From: Rhodanobacter sp.
GTDB lineage: Bacteria > Pseudomonadota > Gammaproteobacteria > Xanthomonadales > Rhodanobacteraceae
Assembly: GCA_035530315.1 (NCBI GenBank)
Contig: DATKVA010000160.1
Span: forward strand, 11,941 to 75,940
DNA: 64,000 nucleotides
Direction of reading: 5' to 3'
Shown here piece by piece: positions 56,415 through 64,000 of the stretch. The notes beneath the pieces are model-generated. The model saw only the letters and a program-made list of their open reading frames with translations. It searched no databases and was not told the origin of the DNA. Within the stretch, counting starts at the first letter, position 1. Every line of letters starts with the position of its first letter. Made by a program: the position numbers and the translations under genes.

Positions 56415-56597
56415 GCGGCAACTCCGTGGAAATGAGCGCATGCAAGATCCTGCGCGATCAGGGTCTGGTTTTCGGCTGAGGGATACGCCCCGCGATCTGG
56501 ATGGTAAAGCGATTTGGCGCAAAGAAGCAAAGAATATGGGGATGGCACGCGATGGCGGCCAACCGATCGAATGACTGCTGCTGGCGGGCGCACTCGC

Positions 56598-56611
56598 TTG
56601 ATTTGAATCAG
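56598..56611. promoter_or_regulatory. FNR/Anr-like box
   Basis: TTGAT-TTGA-ATCAG, 9/10 match to TTGAT-N4-ATCAA. Confidence 0.5.
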
Positions 56612-56709
56612 CATGCCGGCAAGCCGATCGCGGGTGGTTCGCACGGTCAAATTGATCGGTGCCCCCACGCAACCGGCGGGGACCGATCAAAATCCGCTGG
56701 CCGCTGCTC

Positions 56710-57108
56710 TCAACTCGGCGCGAGCGCCTTGGAAAGCAACTGATCGGTTTCCTTGATGTGGACGGTAAGCCAGTCCTTGAGGAATTTTGCCACCTTGATC
56801 GTGAGCATGGTTTTTCCGGCCGCAAGGCTCGCATGGAGGTCCTGAACCTCCTGGATGAGCTTGTCGTGCTCACGCTTGTGTTCGGCGAACAGGGGATAAC
56901 CAATCTTCTCCATTGCGACTTCTTCGCGATGGAAGTGCTCGCGTGTATACACAATCAAGTTGTCCAGCACGATACCCACCACGGCGCCGCCCTTGCCCTG
57001 AGACATGGCGTCGTGGAACTTGTTGACCATGTCGACCAGCTTCTTGTGGTCAGCGTCGATGAAAGCATTGCCGACGCTCAGTTCGTCGGACCATGTAAAG
57101 AACGCCAC
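56710..57108 (-). CDS. Bacteriohemerythrin
   Basis: W...LSVG...ID.DH, HF..EE, H...H, WL..HI...D: all di-iron ligands present. Confidence 0.94.
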   Translation of the reverse strand: MAFFTWSDELSVGNAFIDADHKKLVDMVNKFHDAMSQGKGGAVVGIVLDNLIVYTREHFHREEVAMEKIGYPLFAEHKREHDKLIQEVQDLHASLAAGKTMLTIKVAKFLKDWLTVHIKETDQLLSKALAPS

Positions 57109-57163
57109 GCTGTTCGCCTTCTATTCCGTGATCGGTGCCGGAACTCTAGATGGTCGAAGCGGC

Positions 57164-57360
57164 ATGTGCCCTGACCGAAGTCAAGCCGTTTACGCCAGTC
57201 GCGTTCCCGCCGGATTCCCAAGCCCTGACGAAGACCGGCGGAAGGAGCGGTTGGACACAACCTCCGCCTCGCTCAGCGTCCGGCCGCGACATTCTTCGTG
57301 CGCGTGGAAGGCGACAGCATGGCCGACACGCCACGGGACGGAGGCATTATTCTCGCTTAA
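57164..57360 (+). pseudogene. umuD: umuD-like (S24) remnant, frameshifted and truncated
   Basis: YASRVPAGFPSP..D...RLD, frameshift near 57260, then PAATFFVRVEGDSM and a stop at 57358-57360. Confidence 0.85.
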
Positions 57361-57406
57361 TTGACCCCGTCCCCTTTTCCGGCCGCGTGGCCGGGAGGAA
57401 CCGGCG

Positions 57407-58045
57407 CTACACCTGCGCCTTGAAGGTCTTCCCCAACGCGGCGCCACGGCCGATGTAGTGCCGAAACAGGTAGAACAAGGGCGCGTAGCGGATCGGATCG
57501 ACGTGGTCCGTGCCGGTCACGACCACATCCACATGCGCATGCACGCGCACGACTTCCAGCTCGAGGATGGCGAAGCCGCCGGCACTGTCACGCCAGGCCT
57601 GCAGCGGGCGGTGCACCCGGTGCGTCAGGTGCGCTTCCAGTTGCAGGGGGCATTCGGCGATGCGCGGTGCCGCGACGTCCATTGAAGGCAGGGCATGCAG
57701 GCCGGCGAGCGCGAACTTGTCCCCCTCGTGCCGATAGCCCGCCACGCGCTTCCATGCGGGCACGGGACGGCGTCCGGTGGTCGGGGCAAGGCGTTCGACG
57801 GCCGCCTGCATGGAGTCGCTGGCCAGGTTGAGCACGCAACTGCGCTCGCGCAGGAGGTTGGCGAGCCCCTGGCCGCCGCCGCTGAGGCCGATCACCACGC
57901 GATCGGCCAGGGCCCAGGCCGATGACATCGGCGTGATGTTGGCCGAGCCGTCGCGGTTGAGGGTGGTGATCAGTACCACGGGGGTGCCGAAGTACAGCAC
58001 CGGCGGGCGGATCGTGAGCATGTCGGGGATGGAGTCGTGCGTCAT
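57407..58045 (-). CDS. Flavin reductase-like protein
   Basis: LYFGTPVVLITT.N.DG..N..PMSS, PRIAECPLQLE, LFY.FRHY. Confidence 0.88.
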   Translation of the reverse strand: MTHDSIPDMLTIRPPVLYFGTPVVLITTLNRDGSANITPMSSAWALADRVVIGLSGGGQGLANLLRERSCVLNLASDSMQAAVERLAPTTGRRPVPAWKRVAGYRHEGDKFALAGLHALPSMDVAAPRIAECPLQLEAHLTHRVHRPLQAWRDSAGGFAILELEVVRVHAHVDVVVTGTDHVDPIRYAPLFYLFRHYIGRGAALGKTFKAQV

Positions 58046-58129
58046 CGCCGCAGTGTGGCTGCATGCACCGGGCACACGTTTCGCCCATCGACGAAACGCA
58101 GGTGCACAGCCGTTGGCTACACTGCGCGC

Positions 58130-58837
58130 ATGAGCGACGCCAGCCCTCTCACCCGTTATCAGCTCGCCGAGCTGGGCGCGCTGCTGGCCGAGCCGGCGCG
58201 CGCGGCGATCCTGCTTGCGCTGATGGACGGCACCATGCGCCCTGCCGGCGAGTTGGCGCGAATCGCCGGGGTGAGCGCCGCGACCGCCAGTGCTCACTTG
58301 AAGCGCCTGCTCGACGGCGGCCTGCTCGGGCTGCACGAACAGGGTCGTTACCGCTACTTCCGGCTTGCCAGCGACGACGTGGCCGCATGGCTGGAGGCCC
58401 TCGCCCTGCCGCATGCGTCACGCAAGGCTCCGCACCCCGTCGTCGGCGACCCTGCGCTGCGTCGGGCACGAACCTGCTACCGCCATCTGGCCGGCCAGCT
58501 CGGCGTGGCGCTCTGCAACGCATGGCTGGAGCGCGGCTGGCTGCAGGCGGGAAGCCAGGGCATCCAGTTGCTTCCGGTGGCCGGCGAGGCGCTGGCCGAA
58601 GCTGGCTGGCAGACGGCGATCGTGCAAAACCTGCTGCGCCTGCATGGACGCAGTTGCCTGGACTGGACCGAGCGACGCCTGCACCTGGGCGGGCCGCTTG
58701 GCGTCGCGCTCACCCACGCGATGATCGACGCGGGCTGGCTGCGCCGCGCGCGGCGCCACCGTGCCCTGCTGCCCTCGCCGATCGGCCTGCGTCGCCTCGC
58801 CGAGCTGGGCGTGCCGGTGGATGCCCCAGAGGAATAA
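58130..58837 (+). CDS. ArsR-family winged-helix regulator
   Basis: LAEPARAAILLALMDG, TASAHL..L, ARTCY.HLAG.LG, CLDWTERR.HLGG. Confidence 0.9.
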   Translation: MSDASPLTRYQLAELGALLAEPARAAILLALMDGTMRPAGELARIAGVSAATASAHLKRLLDGGLLGLHEQGRYRYFRLASDDVAAWLEALALPHASRKAPHPVVGDPALRRARTCYRHLAGQLGVALCNAWLERGWLQAGSQGIQLLPVAGEALAEAGWQTAIVQNLLRLHGRSCLDWTERRLHLGGPLGVALTHAMIDAGWLRRARRHRALLPSPIGLRRLAELGVPVDAPEE

Positions 58838-58892
58838 GTGGAACCGGGCCGCCCGTCAGCGCAAGGCAGGATGAACTCGCCCCGCCCGGACA

Positions 58893-59632
58893 CGAGGGGG
58901 ACCGAGGCAATTTTTCTCGCTCAGTTGCCCCCGTCCCTGGGGTTTGCCTCCCGCTTTTGCGGGAATGACGAGCATCAAGCAAGTGCCATTCGCTCCTGAC
59001 ACCAATCGTGCGGCCGGCGTCAGTCACTCGCGTCGGGAATCAGCACCGACAGGTCGGTGGCGCCCACGTCCACGCCAAGCTGGCTGAACAACGTGGTGGC
59101 CTGTCCACGGTGATGGGTCTGGTGATTGAAGAAGTGCCGCAAGACCAACCCGAACGGCTTGGCGTGATGCTCGCCGGCGGTGTTCGTGTAGTTGAGGGTG
59201 CGCGCGTAGATTGCGTCGTCCGCCTCCTCGGTGAACGCCACGATCACCGCGTCCAGCGCCTCCCGCTCTACCCGAAGTTTGGCGAAATCGGGAGAGGTGA
59301 TCCCGCGCACGAGCTCGGGCAGCACCATCGTGCGCACCCCATCCAGCGAGACGAGCTCCGGTGCACCAGTGGCAAAGCGGCGCATCCAGTGCGCATCGGC
59401 GGCATGGATGTGATGCAGGGTGGCGAGGATCGAACCGAAGAATGCCCCGCGATCCGCGCGCAGTTCGGCCGGGTCCAGCGCCGCAGCTGCGGCGTACAGC
59501 CGCGCGTTCATCCATTGGTTGTAGCGGCCCATCAAGGCGAAGTCCTGCTTGAGCAACATGGGAGTTCCAGCGGGAGGCAGAGGTGGGATGCAGTTATAGC
59601 CCATGGGTACAGCCTGCGAGGGGGACCGAGGC
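58893..59632. repeat. 16-bp direct repeat flanking the DinB-family gene
   Basis: CGAGGGGGACCGAGGC at 58893-58908 and 59617-59632. Confidence 0.8.
59020..59559 (-). CDS. DinB/YfiT-family protein
   Basis: YNQWMN.RLY, SI..TL.HI..AD..W, HFFNHQTHHRGQ. Confidence 0.9.
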   Translation of the reverse strand: MLLKQDFALMGRYNQWMNARLYAAAAALDPAELRADRGAFFGSILATLHHIHAADAHWMRRFATGAPELVSLDGVRTMVLPELVRGITSPDFAKLRVEREALDAVIVAFTEEADDAIYARTLNYTNTAGEHHAKPFGLVLRHFFNHQTHHRGQATTLFSQLGVDVGATDLSVLIPDASD

Positions 59633-59715
59633 CGGGATCGTGGCAGCGTCGACTATTCCTGTCATCGGGTTCGCCAAAGGTGTGGCTTGCGGTGGTGCGG
59701 CCCCTGCTTCCGCCG

Positions 59716-60630
59716 CTATGCCGATGGATCGCGTGACCGGCGCCCGGCCATCGCTTTTCTCAGCTGCGCCAGCAGCAGCGCAACGGGCGCCTCGAGTCGC
59801 GGCGGCAGCGGGCGATGGACGAGCCATGCCACCACGCTCACCTTGAAATCGCTCACCGAAAGCACTTTGAGCTGGTTGCGACAGTGGCTGTCCGCCAACA
59901 GGTCGGACGGCACCAGACCGATCCCCGCACCCCGCGCCACCAGCGACAGCTGCAGGTCGGCGCCGGACGCCTCGACCCCGACATTGAACGGCAACCCCTG
60001 CGATTCCAGCGCGCGACGCAGGGTGGCACGCATGCCGCAACCGTCCTGGCTGAGCACCCACGGAACGGCGGCAAGATCCTTCAAACTCACCCGCGTGCGC
60101 AGATTCATCGAGCGCGACGCCACGACCTTGATCGCCTGGCGTCCCAGCTCATGCGCCAGCATGCCCGCGGGCGGGGGCATGTTTTCCGGAAAGACGACGA
60201 CGACCACATCGAGGTCGCCCTGCTCCATGCGCTGCGCCAGACTGGGCGACCACCCGGCGAGGATGCGCAGGCGCAGCAACGGATAGCTCTCGCGCAGACA
60301 GTCGATCGGCGTGGTCAGCGCCCGCTCGGCGACGAATGGCGGCATGCCCAGCCGCAGCTCGCCCGAGGGCTCCGCATCCGGGCGGGTGAGCGCCATCAAC
60401 TCCTCTTCCGCATGCAGCAGCTGGCGACCCTTCAGATATACCTCGCGGCCGGCGGCGGTGGGCCGCAACGGCTTGGATTGTCGATCCAGCAGCTGCAGGC
60501 CCAGCATGGTTTCCAGGCTCTGCACGCGCCGCGTCACCCCGGGCTGGGTGAGATGCAGGGTGGCGGCGGCCTGCACGATCGACCCACTGTCGACGACAGC
60601 GACAAAGGCGTGGAGATCCCGCGTGTTCAT
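59716..60630 (-). CDS. LysR-family regulator
   Basis: DLHAFVAV...GS...AA..LHLTQPGVTRRVQSLE; substrate domain. Confidence 0.93.
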   Translation of the reverse strand: MNTRDLHAFVAVVDSGSIVQAAATLHLTQPGVTRRVQSLETMLGLQLLDRQSKPLRPTAAGREVYLKGRQLLHAEEELMALTRPDAEPSGELRLGMPPFVAERALTTPIDCLRESYPLLRLRILAGWSPSLAQRMEQGDLDVVVVVFPENMPPPAGMLAHELGRQAIKVVASRSMNLRTRVSLKDLAAVPWVLSQDGCGMRATLRRALESQGLPFNVGVEASGADLQLSLVARGAGIGLVPSDLLADSHCRNQLKVLSVSDFKVSVVAWLVHRPLPPRLEAPVALLLAQLRKAMAGRRSRDPSA

Positions 60631-60671
60631 GGGCATGACCCGATCCTCTTGATTCACTTTACGCATTTTGA

Positions 60672-60699
60672 CTATGCGCAATATTCAATTGCCGCATAG
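60672..60699. promoter_or_regulatory. Inverted repeat in the LysR/MFS divergent region (candidate LysR site)
   Basis: CTATGCGCAAT...ATTGCCGCATAG. Confidence 0.5.
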
Positions 60700-60780
60700 A
60701 CAGCGGCACTTTAGCATCGCCCCTCCCTCCCCGTGCAAGAGCCTCCGACCATGGAATGTCTCTCCCGCAGCTGTACCGGC

Positions 60781-62022
60781 ATGATGAAGACGGACGACGC
60801 CATCGCCACGTTGACCGGGCCGTTGACCGCGCTGTTCGCATTCGCCGTAGGCGTGATCATCATCAACCTGACGGCGGCACAGCCGCTGGCCGGCCCGGTC
60901 CAGCGAGCCCTGCACCTGCCCGCCTCCCTGGCAGGGCTGGTCGCCATGCTGCCGCAGCTCGGCTACGCGCTGGGCATGATCTTCCTGGTGCCGCTGGCCG
61001 ACCTGCTGGAAAACCGCCGCCTCACCGTGGCCACGCTGGCCTGTTGCGCGGTGACGCTCGCGCTGGCTGCAGGCGCATCTTCCGCCCCCTGGTTCCTGCT
61101 GGCGGTGTGCCTCGCCGGGGCCACCTCCTGCGCCATCCAGGTCCTGGTGCCGCTGGCGGCGGCGATGGCGCACCCGCAGCAGCGCGGCAGCGCGGTGGGC
61201 AACGTCATGAGCGGCGTGATGCTGGGCATTCTGCTGTCCAGGCCGCTGGCGAGTTTCTTCGCCGGCGCATTCGGCTGGCGTGCCTTCTATGGCCTGCTGG
61301 CCCTGCTCGACGGATCGCTCGCGCTGCTGCTCTGGCGCTGGTTGCCGCGGCGCAGGCCGGCGGGCGAAGAGTCGTATCCCGCCCTGATCGGCTCCTTGTG
61401 GACGTTGTGGCGCCGCGAGCCCGAGCTGCGTCGCTACAGCCTGTCGGCGGCGATCAACATGGCTGCGTTCAGCGCCTTCTGGACGGGTATCGCGCTGCGT
61501 CTCGTGCAGCCGCCATTCGCACTCGACAGCAGCGGCGTCGCGCTGTTCGCCCTGGCCGGCGTCACCGGAGCCATCGTGGCGCCGCTGGCGGGCAAGGCGG
61601 GCGACGCCGGTCACGCCGTCGTCGGCATGCCGGTGACCCACCTGCTGATGCTGGCCGGCAGCGTGCTGGCGGGCTGCGCCGGGGCGGGCTGGTGCGGCAT
61701 CGACATCGACGCCCATCCCCATCTGGCGCTGGGCCTGCTCGTGCTTGCCGCGATCCTGCTCGACGCCGGCGCCATCGGCGACCAGACGCTCGGGCGACGT
61801 GCCGTGAACATGCTCGATCCGGACAAGCGCAGCCGCCTCAATGGCCTGTTCGTCGGCGTGTTCTTCATCGGCGGAAGCCTGGGTGCGGTGGCGGTCGGCG
61901 TTGCCTGGACCTTCGCCGGATGGTCCGGCGTCAGCCTGCTCTGCCTCGGCTGTTGCGTGCTGGCGTTCGTCGGGGATCTGCTGGCGCGAGGCGGATACTG
62001 GAGCGGCGGAAAGGTCCGCTGA
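60781..62022 (+). CDS. MFS transporter (YnfM/YdeR-like)
   Basis: PLADLLENRRL, GNVMSG...GILLSRP, RSRLNGLF; alternative start 60733. Confidence 0.9.
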   Translation: MMKTDDAIATLTGPLTALFAFAVGVIIINLTAAQPLAGPVQRALHLPASLAGLVAMLPQLGYALGMIFLVPLADLLENRRLTVATLACCAVTLALAAGASSAPWFLLAVCLAGATSCAIQVLVPLAAAMAHPQQRGSAVGNVMSGVMLGILLSRPLASFFAGAFGWRAFYGLLALLDGSLALLLWRWLPRRRPAGEESYPALIGSLWTLWRREPELRRYSLSAAINMAAFSAFWTGIALRLVQPPFALDSSGVALFALAGVTGAIVAPLAGKAGDAGHAVVGMPVTHLLMLAGSVLAGCAGAGWCGIDIDAHPHLALGLLVLAAILLDAGAIGDQTLGRRAVNMLDPDKRSRLNGLFVGVFFIGGSLGAVAVGVAWTFAGWSGVSLLCLGCCVLAFVGDLLARGGYWSGGKVR

Positions 62023-62171
62023 ACCGACCAGGCGGGCTTGCTTGGCGCAAAGCCCCTCATGCCCCGCAGACCGCGACTCGACTGCCCCGGCGCTCCCCGG
62101 CACCTGGTCCAGCGTGGCGACGACGTCCCCCATCTTCACCGATGCCGATCGCCAGCGTTGGCGTGGTGTCG

Positions 62172-62198
62172 TGTCGATCGGGACGTCCGTCGTTCGTC
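62172..62198 (+). promoter_or_regulatory. ECF42-like promoter
   Basis: TGTCGA, 17 nt, CGTC upstream of the VOC gene. Confidence 0.5.
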
Positions 62199-62244
62199 GA
62201 AGGGAATGAGGGGCACCCTCGCCGCCCCGAACCAGGAGAACCCC

Positions 62245-62724
62245 ATGGTCAGCAAGAACACGATTTGCCTTTGGTATGACGGCACCGCCCTGGACGCCGC
62301 GACGTTCTACGCCAAGACGTTCCCGGACAGCGCCGTGGGCGCCGTCCATCGTGCGCCGGGCGACTATCCCGCCGGCAAGCAGGGCGATGTCCTGACGGTC
62401 GAATTCACAGTGATGGGCATCCCGTGCCTGGGCTTGAACGGCGGGTCCGAGTTCCAGCACAACGAGGCGTTCTCGTTCCAGGTGGCGACCGACGACCAGG
62501 CCGAAACCGACCGCCTGTGGAACGCGATCATCGGCCACGGCGGCCAGGCCAGCGCCTGCGGCTGGTGCAAGGATCGATGGGGCCTGTCGTGGCAGATCAC
62601 CCCACGCGCCCTGACCGCCGCGGTCAGCGACCCGGATCGCGCCGCAGCCAAGCGCGCGTTCGACGCCATGATGGAGATGACGAAAATCGACATCGCCGCG
62701 ATCGAGGCTGCCCGGCGTGGCTGA
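62245..62724 (+). CDS. VOC/PhnB-like protein (3-dmu-9 methyltransferase-like family)
   Basis: TICLWYD, LNGG..F..NEAFSF, CGWCKDRWGLSWQI, KIDIA.IE. Confidence 0.92.
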   Translation: MVSKNTICLWYDGTALDAATFYAKTFPDSAVGAVHRAPGDYPAGKQGDVLTVEFTVMGIPCLGLNGGSEFQHNEAFSFQVATDDQAETDRLWNAIIGHGGQASACGWCKDRWGLSWQITPRALTAAVSDPDRAAAKRAFDAMMEMTKIDIAAIEAARRG

Positions 62725-62827
62725 AGAGCGCAACGCCAGCCGCGGTAGCGAAGCAAGGGACAGAGTCGACTATTCGGAAAGTGCACGCTGACTCCTGCTT
62801 TTCCCTGCAATCACCTGAAGCCTTCCC

Positions 62828-63481
62828 ATGACCCCCACCATCACCGCCTTCGAACGGTCGCCCGATCGCGGCAAGGGACTCGCGCGCGACATGCGCGTGC
62901 GCTGGGCGCTTGAAGAAGTGGGCCAGCCTTACGAAGTTCGCCTCGTTTCGTTCGCTGCGATGAAGGAGCCCGCGCATCGGGCGCTACATCCGTTCGGGCA
63001 GATTCCCACCTACGAAGAAGGCGATCTCGCCCTGTTCGAGTCGGGGGCCATCGTGTTCCATATCGCGCAGCGCCATGCGGGCCTGCTGCCGGGCGACGCC
63101 AATGCCCGGGCGCGCGCGATCGCCTGGATGTTTGCCGCGCTCAACACGGTGGAGCCGCCGATCCTTGAGCTCGTCACTGCCAAGTTTCTGGAGGGCGACA
63201 AGCCCTGGTCCGCGCAGCGCCTGCCTCTGGTCAAGGGTCGCATCCGTGACCGGCTGGGCCAACTTTCCGATCGCCTTGGCGCTGCCGACTGGCTCGATGG
63301 CGCGTTCAGCGCAGGCGACCTGATGATGGTGCACGCGCTGCTCCGGCTGAAGCCATCGGGCCTGCTGGACGAGTATCCGAACCTCGCCGCCTATGTCGCC
63401 CGCGGTGAAGCGCGGCCCGCCTGCCAGCGTGCGTTCGACGCACAATGGGCGGTGTTCGCGGGCACGCCGCCGGCCGGCTGA
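62828..63481 (+). CDS. Glutathione S-transferase
   Basis: RVRWALEE, PFGQIP, LFESGAI, FSAGD. Confidence 0.93.
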   Translation: MTPTITAFERSPDRGKGLARDMRVRWALEEVGQPYEVRLVSFAAMKEPAHRALHPFGQIPTYEEGDLALFESGAIVFHIAQRHAGLLPGDANARARAIAWMFAALNTVEPPILELVTAKFLEGDKPWSAQRLPLVKGRIRDRLGQLSDRLGAADWLDGAFSAGDLMMVHALLRLKPSGLLDEYPNLAAYVARGEARPACQRAFDAQWAVFAGTPPAG

Positions 63482-63705
63482 TAAAGGTCCGCTGGGGGTC
63501 GTGAAACCGGGGGCAGAGTCGGCCTTCCAACGATCAGTCCGGAAGAACGTGCACCCTGAGATGGCCCGCGAATTCTGTTTGCCTGCTCGTTTTGGTGCTG
63601 CGTTGGCCTAATATCCGCAAACCATTGCCGAACTGCCGACGGTCGCTCGACGCCCCAGCGCCCGGGCGGCATGCCGGTCACCGCCAACCGTCAGGAGAAC
63701 GCCTC

Positions 63706-64000
63706 ATGCAGACCCGCATCCAGGGCACGGTGATGCCCGTGCTGGAAGTGCAGCTTGAACCCAACGACAGCGTCTTCGCCGAGAGCGGCGAGCTCTCGTG
63801 GATGACCGCATCGATCCGGATGACCACGCACACCCAGATGGGTGGCGGAGGCGGCCTGATGGGCATGTTCAAGCGCGCCGTCGGCGGCGGCAGTTTCTTC
63901 ATGACCGAGTACCGTGCCGTGCAGGCGCCCGGGGAAGTCGCGTTTGCGACCAAGGTGCCCGGCCACATCGTGCCGGTGCCGGTGAGCCCCGGCAGCGAAT
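63706..64000 (+). CDS. AIM24-family (TIGR00266-like) protein, 3' end outside window
   Basis: AGGAG RBS; MQTRIQGTVMPVLEV.L...D.V.AESG.L.WM, KRAVGGGSFF; not in the supplied ORF track. Confidence 0.88.
   Translation, partial: MQTRIQGTVMPVLEVQLEPNDSVFAESGELSWMTASIRMTTHTQMGGGGGLMGMFKRAVGGGSFFMTEYRAVQAPGEVAFATKVPGHIVPVPVSPGSE

Overview
High-GC chromosomal window, most likely Rhodanobacteraceae (Rhodanobacter/Dyella-like Xanthomonadales), inferred from gene order and protein families. Conserved core: ndk-rlmN-pilW-rodZ-yfgM-bamB-der-guaB-guaA-tadA on the minus strand (12.0-25.3 kb), a PsrA-type TetR with a beta-oxidation operon (25.5-30.0 kb), and the end of a glycogen cluster (glgB, glgX-malQ fusion). 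Accessory stretches lie at 5.3-12 kb (collapsed ABC operon, ACP-FAAL-acyltransferase fusion, Fur-boxed Ftr-like iron uptake trio) and 30-64 kb (small regulator/enzyme pairs, several deletion remnants, and a 49.2-57.4 kb block with Ca2+ exporters, a hemerythrin/unknown/diguanylate cyclase group and a umuD relic). I found no rRNA, tRNA, CRISPR array, integrase or transposase. The strongest unexplained signals are: (1) a synonymously recoded, ~32% GC 3' tail of guaA directly followed by a SWIM-SNF2 helicase slotted between guaA and tadA; (2) a tandem array of six hairpins between ndk and rlmN whose plus-strand loops show the CsrA/RsmA motif CANGGANG; (3) the hemerythrin/orphan/PAS-GGDEF group with an FNR-like box. 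All product calls come from motif recognition by eye; no database search was run.
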